From positions 32,001-96,000 of IMG/VR virus record IMGVR_UViG_3300032241_000811: a DNA stretch of 64,000 nt, one strand, 5' to 3'. Under the pieces are notes generated by a model that saw only the letters and a list, made by a program, of their open reading frames with translations, searched no databases and was not told the DNA's origin. Below are positions 43,887 through 53,171 of the stretch, one piece after another. Every line of letters starts with the position of its first letter. The first letter of the stretch is position 1. The stretch is from a virus. Position numbers and translations under genes: made by a program.

Positions 43887-44674
43887 GCTCCTACATTCCA
43901 AAATAGACAAGTATCGCCAGACTTGCCGTAAATACTTTGATAATCTTTCATTATGTGCCAAGCCTTTGCATCATATGTGGGCGCAGAAGGAAACGGAGGC
44001 ACATGTTCTTTTTTTACAGGCTTATCAAACTTGTAGGGAGACTTATGATAATACGCCCTACCTATATCTTCTTCTTTCATTGTATGCCCTACAGAAACTA
44101 CATGTACCATAGCCTTTGGAAATGCAAGCTGCAATGATCTTGTAAGTGTGCCTGATGAACCTACTGACCATACTTCTGTTGGTTCAATAGGCAATGATCT
44201 TGCAACTTTGATAAGACAACCAATAGCAGTATCATGTCTGACACCAATCGGCACTAACAGTTTGTTATCAGGGTCCTCTGCTACATAATCTCTTGCGCGT
44301 TTTTCAGTAACAGGAAGCATACCCATCTTGACCCAGCGCATATCTGCACCAAGTTCTATTGCTTTCTTCTGATATGGATGAAGCTTATCCATAGACCTTT
44401 CAGCCATGAATATGACAGCTTTCTTGCCATACTTGGAGCAGACATAGGGCAATGACATCTGTGCATAGCCGGTTGCTGGTGATGATCCATAAACGATTTC
44501 ATTTTGCTTTGCATTGCGTATCAGATAATCAGCAGCGCGAGCCTTTGAACCTACTTCAAGCATATCATCACGAACAACATGGATACCTTCGTGTTCAACA
44601 ATAACAGGTGGGGGATTTGGGTCTTGCCAATCACCGATCAAATCTAGATAATAATCCGCTGTGTTGAAAAACAT
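43883..44674 (-). CDS. Fold-type II PLP-dependent enzyme
   Basis: VVRDD....GSKAR, SVGSSGTL, PTYDAKAW, LFWNVG. Confidence 0.8.
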   Translation of the reverse strand: MFFNTADYYLDLIGDWQDPNPPPVIVEHEGIHVVRDDMLEVGSKARAADYLIRNAKQNEIVYGSSPATGYAQMSLPYVCSKYGKKAVIFMAERSMDKLHPYQKKAIELGADMRWVKMGMLPVTEKRARDYVAEDPDNKLLVPIGVRHDTAIGCLIKVARSLPIEPTEVWSVGSSGTLTRSLQLAFPKAMVHVVSVGHTMKEEDIGRAYYHKSPYKFDKPVKKEHVPPFPSAPTYDAKAWHIMKDYQSIYGKSGDTCLFWNVGA

Positions 44675-44675
44675 A

Positions 44676-46391
44676 CTATGTTACTAACCTGCTGAAATTT
44701 TGAACCTTCTCAAAACGATATACACGATCAAACTTGTCTACAAGCTGATCGGTCTTGTGTGATATAATAAACGTATTTGTTCCGTCTGTCAAGTCTTTTA
44801 TGATCTTGAGGAACTCATCTGTGCCATTTGCATCCAAGGAGCCATCAAGTATTTCATCAAGCAAAAGCAGATTGGTGTTTACTGAGTTTTTGAGTTTTGC
44901 AATATGACGCCAAGTGAATAGCAAAGCAAGGTCAATCCTTGTTTTCTCGCCTTCGGAAAAGTTGGCATAGCTAAACTCATCACGGTATCTGGACTTGATT
45001 ACTTCCTCAAAGTTCTCATTCACATTGAAATTGACAAAGAACCCCATCTGCGACAGGTATTTGTTGACAACTTTGTTGATGATCGGAATGTATTGCTTGA
45101 TGATCTTTGTCTTGATGCCACCATCTTTGAGTAACTGTGTGGCCACATCAATCATTTGTTTGTTGAGCAGGAAGTTGTTCTTTGCTCTTTCCTTTGCTGC
45201 AATCTCATTCTCGGTTGTAGCCAGTTCTTTTTCGTTCTCTTGAATGAGTGTGTCTGAGTTCTTGATCTTGTCTATAGCATCCTCAGTATCATTTATGGAT
45301 GAAACCAAGTGCATCATCATGGACTTGTTCTTGCTGATTTCAGTATTGATATTCTGAATGCGCTTCACATACTTTTCTTTTTCGGTTATGCTGCTAAGTA
45401 GCGCATTGCTGTCAATCTCTTTAGCTTGTGCTTCTACACATTGCTTACTAATCTCTTCTGCAAGTTCAAGCACTCTCTTTGATTTGAAGTTTGCATCTAT
45501 GGTTTGCTTGCATGTTGGGCATGTTTCTGAATGCTTGATGAAGTCTTTTTCTACATCAAGTCTCTTTGTATCTGCATCAAGAGTAGCAACATACTTTATC
45601 ATCTGCTCATACCGTTTCTTGTCATCATCAAGGTTCAACACCTTGTTGACTAACTGTTCCTTTTCATCAATTATGATTTGCACAGCAGCAAGCAATGTCT
45701 TTTTTTGCTCATTCAGTGATGCAAGCTGTTCTTCAAGATCCTTGAGTTTGTCCTCATTGTTCTTGCGCAGGCTTGTCAAAGTCTTTTCAATGAACTTCTT
45801 CTTTTCTTCTCTTGAACCCAGTTCAATGCGGTTGCGCTCAATCAAGTCCTTGTTCTCTTGAAACCTCTGCTTCATCAATAGAGACATCACTGAAAAGATT
45901 TGAATGTCAAGCAAATCTTCAATAATGGTTCTTCTGTCAGCAGGCGACAATTGCATGAAAGGCACAAATGATGCAGAACCCAATATGACGATCTGTGAGA
46001 ATGACTTCATGTTCATCTTGAGGATATATTTCTCAAGGTATTCCTGATAGTCTTTTGAAGCTGAGTCCTGGTTCAATAACTCATCATCAACATAGATTTC
46101 AAATATGTTGGGCTTGATGCCACGAATGATCTTGTATTGCTTGCCATGTGTTTCAAACTCAATCTCAACAACACAGTCTTTGTTGTTCACACTATTGACT
46201 AATGCAGGCTTATTGATCTTGCGAAACGGCTTGCCAAACAAAACAAAAGTCAGAGCATCAAGTATGGTTGACTTACCATGCCCGTTGGCTCCAACTATAA
46301 ATGATGTTTGTGCTTTGTTTAGTTCTATCTCGGTAAAAGCATTACCGGTAGATAAAAAATTCTTCCATCTAATAACTTTGAGTACAATCAT
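44676..46391 (-). CDS. 46: Recombination nuclease ATPase subunit (gp46, Rad50-like)
   Basis: GANGHGKST, CPTC zinc hook, FSEGEK, LLDEILD. Confidence 0.97.
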   Translation of the reverse strand: MIVLKVIRWKNFLSTGNAFTEIELNKAQTSFIVGANGHGKSTILDALTFVLFGKPFRKINKPALVNSVNNKDCVVEIEFETHGKQYKIIRGIKPNIFEIYVDDELLNQDSASKDYQEYLEKYILKMNMKSFSQIVILGSASFVPFMQLSPADRRTIIEDLLDIQIFSVMSLLMKQRFQENKDLIERNRIELGSREEKKKFIEKTLTSLRKNNEDKLKDLEEQLASLNEQKKTLLAAVQIIIDEKEQLVNKVLNLDDDKKRYEQMIKYVATLDADTKRLDVEKDFIKHSETCPTCKQTIDANFKSKRVLELAEEISKQCVEAQAKEIDSNALLSSITEKEKYVKRIQNINTEISKNKSMMMHLVSSINDTEDAIDKIKNSDTLIQENEKELATTENEIAAKERAKNNFLLNKQMIDVATQLLKDGGIKTKIIKQYIPIINKVVNKYLSQMGFFVNFNVNENFEEVIKSRYRDEFSYANFSEGEKTRIDLALLFTWRHIAKLKNSVNTNLLLLDEILDGSLDANGTDEFLKIIKDLTDGTNTFIISHKTDQLVDKFDRVYRFEKVQNFSRLVT

Positions 46392-46405
46392 TACAAACCT
46401 TTGTA

Positions 46406-47485
46406 TTAGTCTATCTGTTCAAGTGACAATGCTTCCTGATAGACTTCTCGCATGTAAATTTTCATCTTATCACTTTCCACAGGCAATGTCAAGCCCTCAA
46501 TATAGGAATCAAGTATTGTCACCGTGTCTTGTGCTTCATCCACAAACTCTTCTGTTTTGGTATCAGTAAACAATGAAGCATCTTCAACAACAGATATATC
46601 TGCTGGTGACTCTTTATATAGCTTGTCCATGAGCATGTCAAAGGCAAATGGGTTTGACTTGTTGACACACACAATCTTCACATAGCAATCTTTATACTTG
46701 GAATAATCAGTCTCGTTTATTGTTTCTATGATGTCAGTATTCTTGACATCATCATAAGCAAGCATATGAAAAATACGGAAAGGATTGCGGACAAAATCGA
46801 TTGTATTAGATACGGTATCGTATATTGAGAAGCCACGAGAATCGTTATGGTCTGACCAAACATGCTCGCCAAAAGCACCCACATAATGAATGTTATCACG
46901 GACAGACCTATGGTGATAATGCCCTGTAAAAACATAGTCAAACCTCTGATACATTTTGTGATTAGAGCCATGATCTGATAATAATCCTTTCTGCATTTCA
47001 AAACCATCCAACTCAAGATGAGCGCAGCATATTCTTGCTTTTGACTGCTCCATCGCTTCATAAGACGCAAGTTCGTTTGCTTTGGTGATCCAAGGCAATA
47101 GAAAGAACTGGCAGCCATCTATCTCAATATGCTGTGGTGTAGAATAGACATTGATGTTCTTATAGCGATTGCCTACAAACTCTTCAAGCGCATTTACCTT
47201 GTAAGTGTCTTTATAGTATTCATCATGATTGCCTGCGATGATGTGCATCATGCAAAGATCATTCAAAGGCTCAAGGAAGTCTTCACGCAGCCTAGCATGA
47301 GTCAAGACATTGATATACTTTCTGCGGTCAACAAGGTCGCCCAGATGTATGATGTGCTTGATGCCATGCTCACGTATATAAGGTAGGAAAAACTCATTCA
47401 TTGACTTCTTGAAGTAATCAAGAAATACGGGGCTGTCATTTCTGACGCCCCAATGAGTATCAGCGATTATTGCAATCTTTGTCAT
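46406..47485 (-). CDS. 47: Recombination nuclease subunit (gp47, Mre11-like)
   Basis: DTHWG, HLGDLVDRRK, GNHD, GHYH. Confidence 0.96.
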   Translation of the reverse strand: MTKIAIIADTHWGVRNDSPVFLDYFKKSMNEFFLPYIREHGIKHIIHLGDLVDRRKYINVLTHARLREDFLEPLNDLCMMHIIAGNHDEYYKDTYKVNALEEFVGNRYKNINVYSTPQHIEIDGCQFFLLPWITKANELASYEAMEQSKARICCAHLELDGFEMQKGLLSDHGSNHKMYQRFDYVFTGHYHHRSVRDNIHYVGAFGEHVWSDHNDSRGFSIYDTVSNTIDFVRNPFRIFHMLAYDDVKNTDIIETINETDYSKYKDCYVKIVCVNKSNPFAFDMLMDKLYKESPADISVVEDASLFTDTKTEEFVDEAQDTVTILDSYIEGLTLPVESDKMKIYMREVYQEALSLEQID

Positions 47486-47685
47486 TATGATTTGGACTTT
47501 TTTTTTCTCTCTGTCTGATTAGCTGCTTGCAACTCTGCATCAAACTTCTTCAATGCTTTACCTATGTGGTAGCTGATTGTGTCAAGGCGCTTTCTATAGT
47601 TAGCCCTGATATAGACATTTTCCTTGCTATTCAATAGCAACTTGATGAGATGTTCCACCTGAAATGGAATTTCTTGTTCTTGCAT
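47485..47685 (-). CDS. Small conserved hypothetical protein
   Basis: IPFQVEHLI...R.NYR.RL. Confidence 0.6.
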   Translation of the reverse strand: MQEQEIPFQVEHLIKLLLNSKENVYIRANYRKRLDTISYHIGKALKKFDAELQAANQTERKKKSKS

Positions 47686-48298
47686 TTGATTTTATTTCAA
47701 CCTCTTTCTTTACTATACTTTCATCATCATAAAACTTGTCAAGACCTTCCTTGACGATCTTTCTTTTGGCCTTTTTGAGTTCTTCCTTTTTCTCATACTT
47801 GCTCATAAAGTCATTTATGTTATCATACATTGGCGCTGTTAGCAAGTGATTATTATCACTATCTGTCAAAAGACTATCTTTACCATAGTTCACAATGTTT
47901 TCCTGGAAGTTCTTGTAAATGGTATATCTCTGTCTTTCTTCCTTGCTGATACGCCTTAGGAAGGCATAATACACTATTTGCGTGAAATATGCAAATGGAT
48001 TATCATACTTTTCAGGATTGAAATCATTGAAATACATAATGCAGTTTTCAATACCATCCGAAATCATTTCATCACGAAACGAATAGCTGATAAAGCAAGG
48101 CTTGTTGGATAACTTTGATGCTATACGGTATATACAGTCACCAATATAGTTGGACAGCTTGGGGTCAGGTAATCCTTTCTGTCTGTATTCCTCAACCTTC
48201 TTCTTGTGTTTCAGTATTTCATCGTAGAATGTCTTGTTATTGACATAGTGGACGACTTCTTTTTTTGCTTTAGTAATATTTTTTTCTACCTGACTCAT
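47627..48298 (-). CDS. 55: Late transcription sigma factor (gp55)
   Basis: HYVNNK, EMISDGIENC, NPFAYFTQI.YYAFLRRI. Confidence 0.95.
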   Translation of the reverse strand: MSQVEKNITKAKKEVVHYVNNKTFYDEILKHKKKVEEYRQKGLPDPKLSNYIGDCIYRIASKLSNKPCFISYSFRDEMISDGIENCIMYFNDFNPEKYDNPFAYFTQIVYYAFLRRISKEERQRYTIYKNFQENIVNYGKDSLLTDSDNNHLLTAPMYDNINDFMSKYEKKEELKKAKRKIVKEGLDKFYDDESIVKKEVEIKSNARTRNSISGGTSHQVAIE

Positions 48299-48370
48299 CT
48301 TTTCTCCTTGACAAACTCAACAAACTTGTGTAAAAGGGCTATGTGCCGCCTTCAATGAATAGCTTTGGAC

Positions 48371-48667
48371 CTAGACCTTGGTTAGTGTCTGAAGCTTCCT
48401 CAACTGTTTATCTATGACTTCCTTGCGATTGGGCCACTTGATCATTGGCTTATCAGGATCTCTAGATAGGTTCTCCAGCAAAGGTGTGAAAATCTTATTT
48501 AGTGCTTGAAGCCTTGCTTTCAAGTCATCCACTTGTTCCTGTAAAGAAGAATATTCTTTATTGGTCTCAACAATCTCATCTTCATGAGCAAATGTAAATC
48601 CAAAGTCATTGTCTTCTTCTGCAAGTGTCAGGTAGTTATTCTTATTTGTGGTAGGGTTATTAGCCAT
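48371..48667 (-). CDS. Conserved hypothetical protein
   Basis: DFGFT...PLL.NL..DP.K..IKWPNR. Confidence 0.65.
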   Translation of the reverse strand: MANNPTTNKNNYLTLAEEDNDFGFTFAHEDEIVETNKEYSSLQEQVDDLKARLQALNKIFTPLLENLSRDPDKPMIKWPNRKEVIDKQLRKLQTLTKV

Positions 48668-48669
48668 GA

Positions 48670-49137
48670 TTAATTCAAGTTCCTCTTGTCTTTGGTTTTC
48701 TTCATCTTCTCCAAATAGCTTTCAAGCATTTCAAGGGTTTCTTCTGGAGATATATGCCCCATATCATCAACATCTTCTGAATTGGATATGAAATTGACTC
48801 CAGCAGACTGTTCATTATCTTCAAAGTGGCTGAGTGTCTGACTGTAATACCTCATCACATCCTTAGATGGATTGCCAGCAAGTAACACATCTGTTTCCTT
48901 CAAATCAAAGTTCTGTGCATCGCATAGCTTATAGAATACCCACTGCATAAAAGCAATGGAGATATAGCCTGGATTTTTTGATGTTGCATAGACGATCTTC
49001 AAAGGATCAATGATCTTGTATCTCTTTGATGTCTTGTTATGCTCAACCTTTGCAATGATATCTTCACCGCTTGACAGCCTTAAAAACATGATCTGTTGCT
49101 TGGTTGCTTTATTTTGTTGAAGGGGATGTGTTTTCAT
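48670..49137 (-). CDS. Conserved hypothetical protein downstream of uvsW
   Basis: LRLSSGEDIIA...P...W motif. Confidence 0.7.
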   Translation of the reverse strand: MKTHPLQQNKATKQQIMFLRLSSGEDIIAKVEHNKTSKRYKIIDPLKIVYATSKNPGYISIAFMQWVFYKLCDAQNFDLKETDVLLAGNPSKDVMRYYSQTLSHFEDNEQSAGVNFISNSEDVDDMGHISPEETLEMLESYLEKMKKTKDKRNLN

Positions 49138-50647
49138 TACTATTCAATCCAATCTTATAGAGTTTGAACTTGAACTTTTCTTCGCTGAACATCTTGATGC
49201 GTTCTGCCAAGTGTTTCAAGGTGTAGTTCTCATGCTTCCTATATCTCAAATCATCTGCTATGTCAAACAATATAGCAGTTGTTTTGGTTTCACTGATACG
49301 CAAACCACGACCGATGGATTGCAGATTGCGTATGCGTGACTTGCTGGGAGAAGCAAATATGATGTTATGCAAGTTCTTTATATTTATGCCCGTTGAAAAA
49401 GTGCCAAATGAAGCAACAATGATTGCGTCTTTTTCTAACTCAACAACTTTGCGGATATTCTCTCTGATTTCTACATCAGTGCCGCCATGCACATAGAATA
49501 CCTTTCTGTCTTGCCCAGCAAGCTTTTTGGATATCATATCATTCAGTATGCTTCCATGCTTGTCAACGTATTGGTATAGTATGAGTGTGTTACCAGATAA
49601 GGATAATGCGAGATTAGAAATGAATTTGTTTCTTGATTCATTGAGAATGATGTATTCAATCTCTTGTTGATATGTAAAGTCTTTAGCTGCCTGACATACA
49701 GAATCAGGATGTCTAAGTAATAAGCACTTGATTTGGAAGTCAGCCAAGTGTTTAGCATCCATGAGTTCTTTTGTTGTAGTGACTTTTCGTACAGTTCCAA
49801 ATAGTCCTTCAAGGACCATTTTGTTTGTCTTTGTTCCATCTAGTGTTCCTGTTGTACCAATGCGATAATTTGCATTTGTGGTCCCCACCATTATATCAAT
49901 CAATGACTTTGCCTTGAACTGGTGCGCTTCATCACCAATGACAAAATCAAACTGATTGAAGAAACTCTTGGGCATTTTGTAGAGAGACTGCCATGTAGAA
50001 ATGGTAATAGGTTTATCTGTCAGCTTTTCCTTGCCCTGATATATTCTGTGAATGTAGCTGTCCACGTCCCATTTGTTGAGTGATGAGTAATCCTTGAAGT
50101 CTGAGTATAGCTGTTCAACAAGAGAAATTGTTGGAACAATGATTAGACCCTTCTTGAGAGACTTTCTGTTGACAAGATAAGTTGCGATCAGATATAGTAT
50201 CAGAGACTTGCCTGAACCTGTGGGGCTGAGTAGCAAAGCACGCCGGGTGCGCATAGAATGAACAAAAGCTTCTAGCTGATAGTCTCTGGGTTCATACTTG
50301 GGATTGAGTTGTTTGACAAACTCTTTGCCTTCTTCAAGAGAAAACTCTTCATCATAATCTTCATTGTCATAAGACCATTCATAGTTGTTTTCTTCACAGT
50401 ATTTTGCAATCTCAGGAACAAGCCCACGATATATCTGTCTCTTGTTGATGTCAAATAGACGTATTTTACCATCCCATAGCCTTGCCTTATACTGAGGCGT
50501 AAACTGATACCCAGGAACTTGGAATGTAAACTTTTCTCTAAGTTCATAAGCAACACCATCACTGCATTCAACAACGACAAAGACTTCATTCAGATTGTGT
50601 ATGATGATTTTGGTATCAGATTCCACCAGTGAACTTCTCCCAATCAA
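49109..50647 (-). CDS. uvsW: SF2 helicase UvsW
   Basis: SPTGSGKS, GDEAH, TTGT, QSIGRGLR; start uncertain. Confidence 0.96.
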   Translation of the reverse strand: MIGRSSLVESDTKIIIHNLNEVFVVVECSDGVAYELREKFTFQVPGYQFTPQYKARLWDGKIRLFDINKRQIYRGLVPEIAKYCEENNYEWSYDNEDYDEEFSLEEGKEFVKQLNPKYEPRDYQLEAFVHSMRTRRALLLSPTGSGKSLILYLIATYLVNRKSLKKGLIIVPTISLVEQLYSDFKDYSSLNKWDVDSYIHRIYQGKEKLTDKPITISTWQSLYKMPKSFFNQFDFVIGDEAHQFKAKSLIDIMVGTTNANYRIGTTGTLDGTKTNKMVLEGLFGTVRKVTTTKELMDAKHLADFQIKCLLLRHPDSVCQAAKDFTYQQEIEYIILNESRNKFISNLALSLSGNTLILYQYVDKHGSILNDMISKKLAGQDRKVFYVHGGTDVEIRENIRKVVELEKDAIIVASFGTFSTGINIKNLHNIIFASPSKSRIRNLQSIGRGLRISETKTTAILFDIADDLRYRKHENYTLKHLAERIKMFSEEKFKFKLYKIGLNSNENTSPSTK

Positions 50648-51065
50648 TTATGGAGCGAACCTGGAATGTGCGGTTGTTTAGTTCTTTCAAGACTGACTTG
50701 CAGAACTCAACGATTTCATCATGCATGGCTTTCTTCAATAGGATATCATTCAACTCCCTATCAGAATCAAGATAAGTTGATATGTCTGCACGTAGAACCT
50801 TCTTCATCATAGGCTCAAGCTTATACTTAGCTAAGTCATCTGGGTTGTTCAAATCACCGTTATAATATTCCCACTTGACTCTTCTGAGATGATTGTAGTC
50901 ACTCAAAGTCTTTTTCACAACCAAATTATGATGTGTCATTATACGCAGATACTTGGAATGCATAAGTGGTATTCTAGCCAGTTCTTTACCAGGCTCAGTT
51001 GTGTCAATGACAGAATCTTTTGACCATTCTTCCATCAATGTTTCAATGCTCACAGGTGGTTTCAT
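50616..51065 (-). CDS. uvsY: Recombination mediator UvsY
   Basis: W.KDS.ID...HSKYL...IIDWEKF; TTGACA-N17-TATAGT promoter upstream. Confidence 0.9.
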   Translation of the reverse strand: MKPPVSIETLMEEWSKDSVIDTTEPGKELARIPLMHSKYLRIMTHHNLVVKKTLSDYNHLRRVKWEYYNGDLNNPDDLAKYKLEPMMKKVLRADISTYLDSDRELNDILLKKAMHDEIVEFCKSVLKELNNRTFQVRSIIDWEKFTGGI

Positions 51066-51133
51066 AATATAAGACAATGCTCCAAACAAAAAATGTAATC
51101 TACTATACAGGAAATATTCCTGTTTGTCAAGAA

Positions 51134-51652
51134 CTAAATGCGTTCAATTTCAAAATAATCGTAGCGCAAGCCGAGTTCCGCTGTGATTGTATTTTCAGCA
51201 GAGTCAGAGACATTGAATGTCACACCGCTGAGTGAGACAGGATTGCAGTTGAAAAACTTGAAGCGAATGTTTGGATTATTAGCATTGGTATTGACAGTCA
51301 ACATACCGTCATAGTAGATAGCAGCATCCTTGTTTTTATACTTTGCATAGTCTTTGAACCCTGTGGGCGCAGCTACGCTTCTCAGCCAGTCATATGTTTC
51401 TTCCCATACACGCAAATCTTCATCAACAATGAATGTGATTGTCATTGGGTCATATGTCAGCTTCCAACCTGCACGGAATGTATCTGAGAATGGGGTCGGC
51501 ATTGTTACAGGACCTGTAGAGACACCAGGCATTGTTACAGTCTGGCAGAAATACTTTGCAAATGACAGATTAGGAATCGTAAAGGTATACTTTGTAGCCT
51601 GTAGAAAGCTGGGGTTCTGCGGCACCCTTGTAACAAAATTTTCTGTTGTCAT
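51134..51652 (-). CDS. 3: Tail completion / sheath stabilizer (gp3)
   Basis: YFCQ.V.MPG...F.VDEDL..W.E...W; position after gp23. Confidence 0.85.
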   Translation of the reverse strand: MTTENFVTRVPQNPSFLQATKYTFTIPNLSFAKYFCQTVTMPGVSTGPVTMPTPFSDTFRAGWKLTYDPMTITFIVDEDLRVWEETYDWLRSVAAPTGFKDYAKYKNKDAAIYYDGMLTVNTNANNPNIRFKFFNCNPVSLSGVTFNVSDSAENTITAELGLRYDYFEIERI

Positions 51653-51690
51653 TGATTGTAAGTCCTTTGCTGTGACTATTTATTTGAAAT

Positions 51691-51722
51691 AAAAAAAAGA
51701 GGGGAAATGAATCCCCTCTTTT
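51691..51722 (-). terminator. Terminator after gp23
   Basis: AAAAGAGGGGA...TCCCCTCTTTTTTTT. Confidence 0.8.
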
Positions 51723-51754
51723 CAGTTAGTATAACAACTTGTTATAGTTATTGA

Positions 51755-53101
51755 TTAGGTCAAGTTGCGAACGCGGAAGATACGATAATACTGATTGGTG
51801 CGATCAGCGATAACACCAAGACCAGGAGAAGCGTAGTCATAGCCACGAGCAAATGGGTTTGCCACCATGCCATAACGGGTCTTGAAACCAATCTTTGGCT
51901 GGAAGGTATCCTGACCGATGGCACGTACCATCTGGAGAGGAACGTATGGGCAATAGAACAGACCAGCGTCATAAGGAGAAGTACCCTTATAACCAACGGT
52001 GCAGAGTTCGTCGCCGTTAGCAGATCCACCGAAGTATGGGTCGATATAGACCTTGATACGTCCGTGCATTGTACCAGCGAAGGTGTTGCCTGTATCGTCA
52101 ACAACGAGATTGACGTTTAGAGCAGGTGTGTAGTCGAGAACACCAGCCATTGCGAGGGCGCTTGCTACGTCTGAAGAAACGAGCAAGATATTGCCCTTAC
52201 CACGACGAGTTGCCTTGGCGATAGCGTTGCATTCACGTTCAATTTGGAATACAAGACCCTTGAACTTTTCAACAGACCAACGGCCGTTTGAGTCAGTGTC
52301 AAGGTCGAATGTGCCAGGAGTTGTAACGCCATACTGAGCGCCAACGACAGCAGAGGTATAAACAGTTCTTACAACTTCTCTGTTGATTTCAGCGAGGATT
52401 TCAGTTGAGAGAATGTTTGCAAGTTCTGTTTCAGCATCAAGACCATGAACTGCCTTCAAGTCTTGTGCAAGTTCCATTGTGTACTCAGCCTTCAGAGCGC
52501 GTGAACGTGCTGTGACTGTTACCTTTTCAATGCTGAAAGCCATTTCAGCGAAAGCGTTTGAACCGCTGTCACCAAGAGATTCAGCTTGAGTTGTTGACAT
52601 ACCGTTAGCTGTGGTATATGCACCAGTGTTTGCTGTGTTAGAAACAGGGTTGTTGCCAACCATGCCGTTTGTAGAACCGTTAGCACCCAGAGCGTTCTGG
52701 GCAGTAAAAGCGTCATTGACTTCGTTGAAGAAGGTTTCAGCGCCAGACTGATTTGTGTAACGTGAGCGCATAGCGAAGATCAAGCCGGTTGGACCGGTCA
52801 TTGGCTGAACGCCAGCGATATCATAAGCAATCAAGTTTGGCAGCGCACGGCGTACCAAGCTGATCAAGATTGGGTCGTAAGCAGCGATAGCTGAGTTACC
52901 ACCAGCAGCCTGACCGAGACCACCACCGTAGTTGGTTGGTGCTGATTCGTTCAACTGACGGCCTTCTTCAGCCATAGCACGTTCCTGGTTTTCCAGGATC
53001 ATAGCTGTAACTGCACGGCGATATGGATCCTTAATCTTTATAACGCCATCGTGGTCAAGAACAGGTGACCACTTATTTTCGAGTTCTTCTGTTAGATACA
53101 T
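51755..53101 (-). CDS. 23: Major capsid protein (gp23)
   Basis: LVRRALPNLIAYD..GVQPMTGPTGLIFAMR; FQPKIGFKTRYG; TATAAATA at 53157-53164. Confidence 0.98.
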   Translation of the reverse strand: MYLTEELENKWSPVLDHDGVIKIKDPYRRAVTAMILENQERAMAEEGRQLNESAPTNYGGGLGQAAGGNSAIAAYDPILISLVRRALPNLIAYDIAGVQPMTGPTGLIFAMRSRYTNQSGAETFFNEVNDAFTAQNALGANGSTNGMVGNNPVSNTANTGAYTTANGMSTTQAESLGDSGSNAFAEMAFSIEKVTVTARSRALKAEYTMELAQDLKAVHGLDAETELANILSTEILAEINREVVRTVYTSAVVGAQYGVTTPGTFDLDTDSNGRWSVEKFKGLVFQIERECNAIAKATRRGKGNILLVSSDVASALAMAGVLDYTPALNVNLVVDDTGNTFAGTMHGRIKVYIDPYFGGSANGDELCTVGYKGTSPYDAGLFYCPYVPLQMVRAIGQDTFQPKIGFKTRYGMVANPFARGYDYASPGLGVIADRTNQYYRIFRVRNLT

Positions 53102-53171
53102 TTTTATTTTTTCCTTCTAAAAATTATAGAGTTACTTCTATAGCATTCTTATATGTTATTTATAATTTCCG

